Shown in pieces: positions 34,620 through 45,601 of a stretch of DNA of 64,000 bases. The notes under the pieces are model-generated. The model did not search any database. It had not been told where the DNA came from and worked only from the letters and a program-made list of their open reading frames with translations. Made by a program: the position numbers and the translations under genes. Each line of letters opens with the position of its first letter. Position 1 is the first letter of the stretch. This DNA is from Marsupella aquatica (Eukaryota; Plantae; Marchantiophyta), in assembly GCA_973895155.1 (NCBI GenBank), contig OZ316893.1, positions 22,293,844-22,357,843 on the forward strand, read 5' to 3'.

Positions 34620-37600
34620 TCACGACACCGGTGGTGGATCCTTAATGGACGCCCCCAACGCTTCCTCCTCAGCCACTGCCGTAGGTTCATTCTCTGACAG
34701 ATTACCTGCCCTTGACTGAGTCAACTCTCCATCGGCCTGACTGGGTCCACCTTCGGCTTCAGCCTCGACACCGGCCTCGGCAATACCCACGGCTTCGGCC
34801 TCAGCCACTCCCTCGGCTTCGGCCTCCCCTTCCCCTAGGGTAGTTGGATCCCTAGCCGTGACCCTGTCTGGGGTCGGTGCTGGGTCTACCTCCTTGATCA
34901 CCACGGCCTGTGAAGTCGTATTACTCCTTGACCCTGAAGGTTTCCGCTTCTTCTTCGTTGGTGGCTCGGCAGCTGGTCCCTTCCCCTTCCCACTTACTTC
35001 CGGCACTGGTGCAGGTGGCGTGGCTTGTCCTTCGGCAATTACCACCCCTGGTAACTGGTTTGTCCCAACGGGAGATGGACCTGCTGCAGCTAAGCATTTA
35101 AATACTGCGGCTTGTTTCTTCAGCCGCTCTGTTTGGTTGTCGGCCCGCCGCTGTAGGTTCTCCATCTTCCTCGTGATTTCCTCCAACTCCTCTTGGGTTT
35201 CATCCAGGTCCTTACGTGCCCCCTCCAGCTCGTTTTTGGCCTCCTCCTGCTTCTTGTGGGCTTCCTCCAATTCCTTCTTCAAGGTAGCCCTCTCCTCCTG
35301 GGTTGCTCTTAGCTCCTTGTCGAGCTCTGCAATGATGACAGACTCCATCTGGTTCATCTTGGCGTAAGTCTGTTCGAGCATCTCATCCTTCTCCCTTAGG
35401 TCGGCCTTGAAGCTGGCCGTCAGGGACGCAAGCTCCTGCTGCAGCGCCATAATCCCTTGATAGGATTTCCCTAACTCGACCTCCTTCTGCTCAAGGGCTC
35501 CGCGGATTTTCTCGAGCTCCCCTTTCAACGCCCATTCCTTTCTTTGGGTCTCCGCCATGGCCCGGCTGTTGGCTGTTATGTGGGACTCCTCTGTATTCTT
35601 CAGCTCTTGCTTCCACTTCTCCCTCTCTTTGATCATGTCGGCCAACTCTTCCTGCGTCTGAGTCAGTTTATCCTTGATATTCTGATTATCAGCCTGCGCG
35701 GTGTCCAACTGCCCCTGCATGATGTTCAGCTCATGTCGTTTAATCCGCAGTTCATCTTGGGCTTTCTTGGCCGCCCTTAGATCTTCAATCTCGGCTTCCA
35801 TCCTCCTAAGCCGCCGAATGACCTCGTCCTTCTTGCTTCTCTCTAAAGCCACCGCTTCTTCTAATTGGTGCTTCTCCAACTGCTCCCTATGGAAAAAGGG
35901 TCCTACCTCCAACTCCTCTCCAAAGATGCCGAGCGCAAGTTCCCCACACATCTCACCATACTCCATGGCTCTATTCTTAGCGTAGGTGGAGTAAGTAGAA
36001 GTGATCGGCATCGCCCATCGTGGCCTCTGCTCCCAAGCCGTCCTGCGGATCTCTTCAATCGTGGCTAGAGGTTTGCTTCCTTTTTTGGCTAGCCGCCTGA
36101 TGTCCTCCGGCCAATCTCCTCCTGGTAAATCCTTTTCCTTAGCCAGGGCGGCCTCCTCCTCCTGCTTGATTCGCTCCTGAAATTCCTGCACCGTCTGTTT
36201 TATGCCGTCGAAGCTCGGGGGAGCAACATCTGGTGGGGGAGACTCAGGGCTACTCTGCTGGTTGGGGTCCCCTCGCACTACCCTTGGAAGTGTGGGGACA
36301 AACCGGCCACAGGTCCTTACTCCTGGAACGTGATGGTCCGACCCATAGCCGGAATTATCATGGCTGCAGTCCTCCACTGCCTCCTCTACCTCTTGGACGT
36401 CCGGCTTCTCCCTCTCCTCTTCGTCGGTAGGAGCTTCAGGCAATTCTGCCTCAGATTCGGAGCTTGAGGTTCCCACGTACATTCGAACACCTGGCTTGGA
36501 TTCCGGCCTGATTCTCTCCTTGTCTCCAGCAAAGGGGTTTTCTCTTGTGAGCCGGTGTAGGCCTACCTCTGTAGTAGTGTCCTGCATTGTTGCCGTTGCC
36601 GTTGTTGTTGCCGATGCCGATTTCTTTTCTTTCTCCAGTAGTTTCAGCAGACTCTGCATGCCTGGTTGCTGCATCGGCAAGTCTTCCTTCCTGGGCCTAA
36701 ACACCTGCTCGATCGTAGGACTAACAGGTGGTTGAGGCTTCTCAACCAACGGCCTCGGCGTTGGAGCTTCCTCGGGTGCCCTTACCTGCAGGGGAAGTAC
36801 CGGGGCAAAAGTCTGACCTCTGGCATACCGGCACAACAGCGGCATGTGATAGCCAAGCCGCGACACGCTCCCCATGCCGATTACCTGCTGCTCCTCCTTT
36901 AAGATCTTCTTCAATTGGTTGAGGAGGTACCCGTTGTAGTCCCGGCTTGGGTCTGGCCTTTCTGCCAGATAGACCTGTGCCTTGCCGATCTCTGCCCTCG
37001 GCAAGTTACAATGCATGGTCACCCGCAAGAAGTCGATCATCTCTCCTATGTGCGGGTTGGTGCAGGTGTTCCGGAAGAAGCCATTCTTCGTTGATGGCCC
37101 GGGGAACGACCGGAACTCCTTGTCAGGCAGGGTCTTCCTGGTATCAACTTTGGTCTTATTGCCTATCGGCAAGCCAAACACTTCGGCAATTACCTTGGGA
37201 GTAAGATAGAAATCCTTCCCATATATCCTCGTGCAATTGGTCTCGGGTTCCCATGACCCCACGAATTCTAATAGGTCTGACTCCGGTACCTCCGGCTTCA
37301 GCCATGGTAATCTTACAAAGGCCTCTAAGCCGGATCCGGCCATGAAGCCTTGGTACTTCTTGGTCTGCATTGCCGTAAAGCATGCATCCTCCTCCCGTGC
37401 AAAATGTAGTTGCACCTCCACCGGTAGGGTTGCCGCCCAGCCCTTCCAGATGTCATCCCTGGTTGGAATGGCCTTGATGGGATCGACCTCCTCCTCTTCG
37501 GCTTCTCCCTGCCTCCTGCTCTGCTGCTTGGCTGGCCTCTTTGGTGCCGCCGACCTCGTTCTTTTTGCGGGGGTGGCTTCATCGTTGACGGCCCCCTTCC

Positions 37601-38219
37601 TCTTCATCTCTGCTGCCGTGGAGGTTTCTCCTAGCACCGTTGCGTGGGTCCACCTTTCCGTGCTACCCTTTAATTCCCAGTGTATGTCGTTGCAGTTCTT
37701 GATGGCCTCTCGGATGCCGACAACGCTGTCTTTGCAAAACAGAAGATCGTCGAGTTGATTGGAAGTAGGCGTCCACAGGAACTCGTCCTTGATGAGTTCG
37801 CCTCCTAAGAAAGCCGTCTTCTGCAGCTCCCACAATCGAGCGAGCTCCTGCCGTTCTCGAGCTACCCTTTCTGACTCCTCGTCCTCGTAAGTCTTGATGT
37901 ACTCAGTTGCCCATTCGAACAGGCATCCCCAGAAATGTGCCGCTTGATTGACGTTGCTCATACCCTCCTTAGGTCGATTGTCGGTATCTACTCTCTCCCC
38001 GAGTGCTTGCCTAAGCAGCTGACAGTAGTTGGCCTCCCGTAGTCGTCTGCCTAGTTCGTGCTCGCAAATGAGCCACCATCTCCTGCAAGCGCTCCTTACC
38101 CCTCTCCTCTGCCGGTCCTTCTTCCCGTTGATCCTTCCTAGCCGCCGACGCTTAACGCGCCCTAACCCTAATCGGGTTTTCACCCTCAGCCTTACCTCCG
38201 GCCTCTGCCCGGGTTCCAT
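34620..38219 (-). CDS. Intact LTR-encoded accessory protein (1199 aa; probable true start Met87 at 37961): N-terminal domain, PMD/Transposase_32-like region, long coiled coil, KKKRKP basic motif
   Basis: Uninterrupted 3.6-kb ORF wholly inside the 5' LTR, same sense as gag-pol; frame conserved across 5 copies. Confidence 0.9.
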   Translation of the reverse strand: MEPGQRPEVRLRVKTRLGLGRVKRRRLGRINGKKDRQRRGVRSACRRWWLICEHELGRRLREANYCQLLRQALGERVDTDNRPKEGMSNVNQAAHFWGCLFEWATEYIKTYEDEESERVARERQELARLWELQKTAFLGGELIKDEFLWTPTSNQLDDLLFCKDSVVGIREAIKNCNDIHWELKGSTERWTHATVLGETSTAAEMKRKGAVNDEATPAKRTRSAAPKRPAKQQSRRQGEAEEEEVDPIKAIPTRDDIWKGWAATLPVEVQLHFAREEDACFTAMQTKKYQGFMAGSGLEAFVRLPWLKPEVPESDLLEFVGSWEPETNCTRIYGKDFYLTPKVIAEVFGLPIGNKTKVDTRKTLPDKEFRSFPGPSTKNGFFRNTCTNPHIGEMIDFLRVTMHCNLPRAEIGKAQVYLAERPDPSRDYNGYLLNQLKKILKEEQQVIGMGSVSRLGYHMPLLCRYARGQTFAPVLPLQVRAPEEAPTPRPLVEKPQPPVSPTIEQVFRPRKEDLPMQQPGMQSLLKLLEKEKKSASATTTATATMQDTTTEVGLHRLTRENPFAGDKERIRPESKPGVRMYVGTSSSESEAELPEAPTDEEEREKPDVQEVEEAVEDCSHDNSGYGSDHHVPGVRTCGRFVPTLPRVVRGDPNQQSSPESPPPDVAPPSFDGIKQTVQEFQERIKQEEEAALAKEKDLPGGDWPEDIRRLAKKGSKPLATIEEIRRTAWEQRPRWAMPITSTYSTYAKNRAMEYGEMCGELALGIFGEELEVGPFFHREQLEKHQLEEAVALERSKKDEVIRRLRRMEAEIEDLRAAKKAQDELRIKRHELNIMQGQLDTAQADNQNIKDKLTQTQEELADMIKEREKWKQELKNTEESHITANSRAMAETQRKEWALKGELEKIRGALEQKEVELGKSYQGIMALQQELASLTASFKADLREKDEMLEQTYAKMNQMESVIIAELDKELRATQEERATLKKELEEAHKKQEEAKNELEGARKDLDETQEELEEITRKMENLQRRADNQTERLKKQAAVFKCLAAAGPSPVGTNQLPGVVIAEGQATPPAPVPEVSGKGKGPAAEPPTKKKRKPSGSRSNTTSQAVVIKEVDPAPTPDRVTARDPTTLGEGEAEAEGVAEAEAVGIAEAGVEAEAEGGPSQADGELTQSRAGNLSENEPTAVAEEEALGASIKDPPPVS

Positions 38220-38234
38220 GGTTGCCCCTAATTG

Positions 38235-38240
38235 TTTATA
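38235..38240 (-). promoter_or_regulatory. Candidate TATA box for the LTR-encoded gene
   Basis: TATAAA ~95 nt from the LTR 5' end; family B has TATAAAAG at ~10367-10374 upstream of its ATG. Confidence 0.4.
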
Positions 38241-38334
38241 TTTTCCTTGTTTTGTCCCTATACTAAGGTGTTCCTAGGGTGCCTTCCTGCTTTACCCACT
38301 TAACCGGCCGAGTGATTCCTGTCTAGGCATCACA

Positions 38335-39757
38335 TATTGCCTTTCTTATGAATCGTCACTTCCTTGAAGTACTTTTGATGTAAAATACTCAATGTGGACT
38401 GGGAGATTGGTTGAAGACCAAGCTCTAAATTTGTAGCATTGAGCTTGTTCCTAATACTTTCCCAAGTATAACTTGTAGGTAGCTCCTTTAAAACTTGTCA
38501 AGATTTGTCTGCAGTCGTCCTCATTTTTTCAGGATGAAGATCTGCGCACTCATCAATCAACCCATGCAATGACATATAGGCTTGAGAAACTCGTTCAGTC
38601 ATCCTTCTCTTTCCTTGGTTTCCATGATAAGCTATCCTCACCCCATTACCCACAGCCTTTCTGAGCTCATAGAATTGACTTCGCCCTTTGGAGTGCAAAA
38701 TCCTCCATGCCTCCAAGCATATTGCCTTCCCTTCAATGGTGATTAGTTTTTCAGTATTAGATAGTTCCAATATATTGACAATAGCATTGATCTCATACTC
38801 TTTTCGCATCTCAAATGATTTCTCCCAATAGTTCTCCCTAATCCCCCTTGCCACATGAGGGTCAAGAAGATGGCAGTACCTACAAAGGCAACATTTCTGT
38901 TTTCTGATTTCCTCCACATCTTCTTTGGAAAGGGACTTGTCTTTCTTTGACAAAGAAAGAGAAGGTTGTTTTCTTTTTCTGGTTATTGGAATGTATGATC
39001 TCTTTTGACTTGAAGCATCTAGATCCTCCTCCTCTGCATCTACAAAAAATGAGGCTAATAGCCTTCCGTTACTTGTGACGAGCCTATCCAATGGCCATGC
39101 CCTCAAACAATCTCTATGTTTCAGGTGATCATTGGTTGCACCTTGAATATATTCATCAATCAAGATTCCCACATGTGTATTTTGAAGAGTAGTATCTCCC
39201 AATGTCACTTCTGGATCAACAGCCATTACTCTTGCAATGGCAAAGGCAAAATGTGTTACTTTCATCAAGTACTTTAACAACCATTCCCATCCATAAACTT
39301 GTGGATGAAATTCGAAGAGGATTTCCACTAATTCAACTCCATTCTCATTTGACCACTCCGGTTGGTTTCCTTGAGCTTCGTTCTCATTTGAGATCTCTGG
39401 TTGGCTGGTATCACTTCCATTGCTCGTTGAAGCTCCATTCTTGTATGAGGTATTAGGTAGGTATCCAGTAACCATTTCAAGTTGCTGAAGTTGACCTTTT
39501 TTCCAGACTAGAAAAGATCCTATCATGTCAGCCAAGCTTTCACCATGATCCCATTGAATTTCCCCATCAAATACTTCTTTCAAAGTAACAAGAACTTGAA
39601 GAGGCCCAAGAGGAACATTATGGCAAATCCGAGATGGATCCACACTTTGAATGATACCCTTCGCAACCATTTTATTTGATATGCACAAACCTACGGTTTC
39701 ACCGACAATAATCCAAGATGTCGCCATTATTTTATCTGCACATTCAATCCAAATCAA
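38335..39757 (-). pseudogene. 5' part of the Sola/DUF7869-like transposase gene (TGA at 38498-38500)
   Basis: ORF 38498..39757 reads on past one TGA to ...TIHKKGN, joining NFSKCTTC in frame after removing the LTR element and one TSD. Confidence 0.75.
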
Positions 39758-42198
39758 AGTTAACCTCTGTTCCTAAGATATAGTTGTTGTTTTTTTCTCT
39801 GAATATACCCAAGGGACCGTATACTTTTTGTCTTAGTTTTCCAGACCTACTTTGTTTCCCTTGTTTCTCAATAGCCTTGAACTCTCGTGTAATTGTCTGA
39901 GATGAGTTGCCCTCACAACTAAGTTGGCAGGTTGTTACTTACCATTGAGTTCAAGAAGCATTGTGTACATTTGACCCAAAACCCTAAACTACTACATACT
40001 TAAATGATGTCTTATCACAAGATGGCAACTGCAAACCATGGTTCGCTCCATTAATGAGAATATAAGAAAAGTACTAAGGCGTATAATTACCATGATTATC
40101 TTTTATCATATTATAGATATGAAGTGTTTCTTATGGGGTGTTTTTATAGTATTGTCATCAAGAAACAGTGTTGAGGCTAGGTTTAAATTCACCATGAATG
40201 ATACATGTTAAAACAAAAGCAAATCAGTATTACAAGAGAAAGTCATCTTGCATTATAATTGTTTGATGTGTAATAATTCCATCAGTTTATAATTCATAAG
40301 AAAGTCTTTATCAAATGTATTCTATTGGACTTATGTATGAGTTTCTTTTGACCAGAATGTAAACAATATTAAAGAGAGTTATAATCATACTTAAGCAAAG
40401 CAGGAGACTGAGATTCATGTATCATATAGATCATGTGACTATGAACCATGGTTTGTGGCCTTTGGTCATAGTCACATTTTTATTTTTCTAGCTAGGAGTA
40501 TACTAGTCAGTTTGGTAATTTACTCCTAGTTTTAGATGATGCTGTTAAATAAGGCTCATTAATTCAAGGGCTATGTACCATGATTTGCACTCACCTTTCA
40601 TTTTCCCATCTACAAGTTGAGTTAGTTTGATATGGTTTGAACCATGGTTCGAAGTCACTTTTTACATGTAGGTGTAGAGTTGGTTCACTCCAAGTATTAG
40701 ATAATTAATGCCATCAGATAAGCCTCTTACTAGGCACACGAACCATGGTTCATGGTCACTTTTTAAAGTTTTGATCATCTACTTGAAGTATTAGAGGTTT
40801 CCTAGTCACCTCAGAAGTCATTTGTTTAAGAAAACCACAACATGACAAAGGTAGGCTCATGTACCAACCACAAATACTTATCATGATAACATTCTCCCAC
40901 AAGTTATTTGGTGTTAAATCTAGGAGAAAGCACATACATATATGTTACTTTCATTCAAGTATCTTTGTTTGCTTATATGCGTTCAATTTTAAATTATGTA
41001 TGTCAAGTAACATTCACGCTAGTTAGTTTGCGAAAATCTACACTCAGGTAGATTATGATTGAAGTTGAACAGGTTAACAAAAGATTAACCTCATCAAACA
41101 TTAGAATGAATCGGATATATTACTCAGTTACAAATACAATCTACAATCTTAATGATTAAATTCTCACTTAAGTTCGAGTTAGGGAATGATTCTTGAGTTC
41201 AAGATTCATATATATTATGAAGTGAATTGAGTTCACACATCACAATCTAATTCATCAATTCAATCTCTCATTCTAAGATTGAAGAAGAACTAATGCAAAA
41301 AGGAAGAACTTGAATGGATGGTTACTTACAGTTTCAAGACACATACAGCTTGTATATCTTCTCTGCCACTCTAGACAGTTCACTCAATCTTCATCAACAA
41401 ATAACTCGTGCAGTCTCTTGCCAGTTCCTCTATAGTCGCACACTATGACTCTTTGATGAAGGCTGACTGTCTAATCTCCTCGATCGCTCTTCAATGTTAA
41501 TCTCTATCTCCTTGAACAATCTCTACTCTAAGAACTCCTCCCAGCTCTCCTCTTGAAGTATCCCCTCCCAGCACTTGAAGCACTCTCCTCGCAGCTTGAA
41601 GCGCTCTCCTTGTAGCTCTCCTGAATCAAAACCCTTTCCTAGTAAATGAACTCCATAGACGATCAAAACAGACTTAACATTTTTGACTCCACAAGAGGAT
41701 TCTGGAAGTTCGCATTTCAAAATGAAACTTTTGGGGGGAATTTTGAATTTTGAATTTTGACCTGGTTATGATTGCCTCGGCCTTCGGTAACTGATTCTCA
41801 TGCCCAATCGATCTGATGCAAACTGATCATATCTTGTCTTGTAAATGCCCGGAGGTACCCTTCGAGCAGAGAAGAGTTTACAAGGCCTTGGCCGTAAAAT
41901 TAATAAAATTTTCTATTATATGCTTGTAAATTGAAACAAATTTTTAACTTGCTAGGGGGATCCTCACCTAATCTTTTAATTTGCACCCATTATACATTTA
42001 CTACTAAGGTAACTTACTTCCTTTACGATTAAATTTACCATTTGTACTACCATAATTTATTTAACCTCATTTAATATTTTTACTACCATCATTATTTAAC
42101 CTACTAAGGTAACCTCATTCAATCTTTTTACTACCATAATTTATTTAAATTACTAAGGTAACCTGATTTGTTCTTTTTACTACCATTATTTAATAGCC

Positions 42199-43200
42199 TA
42201 TAACTAAGGGTAATACTCGCCTAAGATTTCACAACACATATGAATTATTAAACCTACTCGGGTAACCGCCCCTTAATCTGATTATATCTAAACCCTAAAC
42301 CCCTAAATCTGATTATATATATTATGTGTTTAACCCCTAGGGTAACCCTTGATCTCTTAATCCTTGTGCAACCATTATTAATTTAACTTACTACAAGGGC
42401 CTCTCTCAGTCTTGTGCAACCATTATTTATTTGTACAATTAACCCAAAGTCATCTTAGCTAATTTCTATGAAAAATACCTGTTTTGGATCGCACGTGGTT
42501 CCTAAGATTTTTGATAGTCAACCCCCCGAGCATCTTAGGATTAAGGACTGTTACCGATGTTTAGGCTTAAGGTTAAATAGAGTTAACCTAAGTAATGTTT
42601 AGGGTTCTAGGGTTTCATGTTCAGGGTTCAGGGTTTAGGGTTTTTAAGGGTTTCAGCCTAAACCCTAACTAAACCCTAGCTAAACCCTATAACTAAGGCT
42701 AATACCCGCCTAAGATTTCACAACACATATGAATTATTAAACCTACTCAGGTAAACACCCCTTAATCTTATTATATCTAAAACCTAAACCCCTAAACCCT
42801 AAATCTGATTATATATATTATGTGTTTAACCCCTAGGGTAACCCTTGATCTCTTAATCCTTGTGCAACCATTATTAATTTAACTTACTACAAGGGCCTCT
42901 CTCAGTCTTGTGCAACCATTATTTATTTGTACAATTAACCCAAAGTCATCTTAGCTAATTTCTATGAAAAATACATATTTTGGATCGCACGTGGTTCCTA
43001 AGATTTTTGATAGTCAACCCCCCGAGCATCTTAGGATTAAGGACTGTTATCGATGTTTAGGCTTAAGGTTAAATAGAGTTAACCTAAGTAATGTTTAGGG
43101 TTCTAGGGTTTCATGTTCAGGGTTCAGGGTTTAGGGTTTTTAAGGGTTTCAGCCTAAACCCTAACTAAACCCTAGCTAAACCCTAGCTAAACCCTAGCTA
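42199..43200. repeat. Tandem duplication, ~490-bp unit x2, with degenerate CCCTAAA/TTTAGGG telomere-like repeats
   Basis: Units start TATAACTAAGG at ~42199 and ~42688 and are near-identical. Confidence 0.9.
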
Positions 43201-45413
43201 AACCCTAAAGCCCCTGAACCCTTAACCAAGTAGTCAAACCTCATTGTGGGCGCCCATGTGGTCTCTTGTGACATGTCCATTTCAAAATTCCGGGCCAATG
43301 GTTGTGCCAGATCCAAACCTAAACAAATACAAGGTCCATTTGTGTTTGTTGTGAAACTATTACAATTTATAATTTGTCTCGGGAACTCAGGGCCAAAGAG
43401 AATTCAAATTTTACGTACCAAATAAGAATGAGGAACTTTAAACCAACCATACTTTAAATTTCTTAGTTATTCTTTTTGAGTTTTCACTATGTTTATTTAG
43501 TCCTACTCGGGTACATTAGTATTCAAAGGCGCATTAAGAGAGTTTTGGCCATTATTTGCTGTGGGTCAAAAGCCCGTTTGGGTTGAGAGTTTTTATGTTG
43601 CAAATTGGGGTTGCTCAAGCTTTTGTTGAGATTCAACCATGTACTAATTATTGAAAAATGGTATAGTTAGCTAGGGGCACTATAAACCAACCATACTTTA
43701 AGTTAGTGGGTTCTTCTTATTGTGTTTTAACCATTCTTTGTAAGAGAGAGGCAGGTGGGTTTCGGGCACCTAGTCGGATTCCTTTGCTTAACCCTCCTAT
43801 GCAGTTTACGCCTGAGCTTGACCAGGCTCTTCAGTATGTTGATAGGTAGGGTTTGGTTTTTGTGTCTCCTCTTGTGCGGGAAACCCTGCCTGCTGCTAAC
43901 CCTAAACTGATAAATATTTTGGCCTTTTTTGTGTTCTCCCTTGATTGGGTTTTTGGCCTGTGGAATCTTGTCTCCCAGTTGGGCGCCTTCTGCTTTTGGC
44001 AATTTGATATAAAAAATTAGTGCTATTAGCATATGTTGATATCCAAAGTATTTCAACCTTGCACATTTTCAGCTGTTGAAAGAAGCAAAAATTATTGGTG
44101 ACAAAATGTAAAAGATTAAGGTCCGGATTAAGGTCCAAGACAGTCCATTATTGATCAAAATGTTGTATCAAACTATTCCCAGATGGATAATACATGATTA
44201 ATATTTTGGATGAAGCTAGGAACTTGCAAATGACACTGTTCAAATCTTGTCTGACTTGATCATTTCATTGATGGTCTCTTTTCTACTTGGCGGACCCTTT
44301 GTTTTCATGGACCTGGGGGAGAATGTAAAAGTAGATTAAGGGTCCAGGCATTATTGTAAGTGTCCGTTATTGCATTGTAAGTGTCCATTATTTTAAGTAG
44401 ATAATTTGTGAGTGACTGTGGGAACTAAGCAAGGAGATAGCACTAGTCTAAACCCTAAAGCCCCTGATTCAAACCTTAACCTGGGGTTAGCCTTAGTCAA
44501 ACCTCATTGTGGGCCCATGTGTGGGCCCTTGGGGCATGTCCATTTCAAAGTTCCGGGCCAATGGTTATGCCAGACCCAAACCTAAACAAATACAACTATG
44601 TGTGTTTTTTGTGAAACTACTACAATTTATAGTTTGTCCCGAGAACTCAGGGTCAAAGAGAATTCAAATTTAACGTGCCAAATAAGAAGGAGGAACTTTA
44701 AACCAACCATACTAAATTTCTTAGTTATTCTTTTTGAGTTTTCAATATGTTTATTTGGTTCTACTCGGGTACATTAGTATTCAAAGGTGCATTAAGAGAG
44801 TTTTGGCCATTATTTGTTGTGGGTCAAAAGCCCGTTTGGGTAGAGAGTTTTTAAGGTGCAAATTGGGGTTGCTCAAGCTTTTGTTGAGATTCAACCATGT
44901 ACTAATTATTGAAAAATGGTATAGTTAGCTAGGGGCACTATAAACCAACCATACTTTAAGTTAGTGGGTTCTTCTTATTGAGTTTTAACCATTCTTTGTA
45001 GGGGAGATGCAGGTGGGTTTCGAGCAACTAGTCGGATTCCCTTTCCTCCTATGCAGTTTACTCGTGAGCTTGACCAGGCTCTTCAGTATGCGGATAGGTA
45101 GAATTTGGTTTTTGTGTCTCCTCTTGTGCGGGAAACCCTGCCTGGTGTTAACCCTAAACTGATAAACGTTTTGGCCTTTTTTGTGTTCTCCCTTGATTGG
45201 GTTTTTGGCCTGTGGGATCGTGTCTCCCAGTTGGGCGCCTTCTGCTTTTGGCAGTTTGATGTAAAAATAAATTAGGGTGTGTTCATGGACCTGGGGGAGC
45301 ATGTAAAAGTAGATTAAGGGTCCATTATTGTAAGTGTCCATTATTGTAAGTAGATACTCTAATAATTTGTGAATGTGGAAAGCAAGGAGATAGCACTAGT
45401 CTACACCCTAAAC
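43199..45413. repeat. Diverged tandem duplication (~1250-bp unit and a ~965-bp copy with an internal deletion)
   Basis: Units start TAAACCCTAAAGCCCCTGA at ~43199 and ~44449; both end ...GCAAGGAGATAGCACTAGTCTA. Confidence 0.85.
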
Positions 45414-45601
45414 CCTTTTGATGGCTTTGATTAAAGCTGCTGTTGCATACCGTGAAGCTGGTAGAAAACAATTGAAGTCTTTTTCAAAACAAGTACTGTA
45501 TAAAAATGGTAATTATGCAACAGCAGCTTTCGGCGAAGCAGGTTTAAGCAACACAGTCAAAAGGGTATGCAATAGCAGCTTTAATCAAAGCCATCAAAAG
45601 G
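45414..45601. repeat. 188-bp foldback / MITE-like element with 38-bp inverted arms
   Basis: 45414-45451 vs 45564-45601 are reverse complements with 1 mismatch; no clear TSD. Confidence 0.7.

Larger units (their letters stand above)
22841..38334 (-). mobile_element. Full-length Ty3/Gypsy LTR retrotransposon, non-chromovirus (Athila/Tat-related), family A, 15.5 kb with ~4.6-kb gene-bearing LTRs
   Basis: Two near-identical LTRs with TG...CA ends; TSD TATTG (22836-22840, 38335-38339); PBS and PPT present; domain order gag-PR-RT-RH-INT; no chromodomain or extra RNase H seen. Confidence 0.97.
33699..38334 (-). repeat. 5' LTR (4636 bp)
   Basis: Direct repeat of 22841-27474; followed by PBS and gag. 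Confidence 0.96.

Noticed and set aside
34620-38219. env-like or SMC/myosin annotation for the LTR ORF
   Set aside because: No signal peptide, transmembrane segment or Walker motif visible; the similarity would be generic coiled coil
22841-38334. Reading the two 4.6-kb repeats as a tandem host-gene duplication or assembly artefact
   Set aside because: TSD, PBS, PPT, TG...CA ends and copy-specific mutations define them as LTRs, and solo copies have their own TSDs
43727-45341. Paired ORFs 43727..44056 and 44985..45341
   Set aside because: Short, no recognisable domain, and the similarity is explained by the tandem duplication
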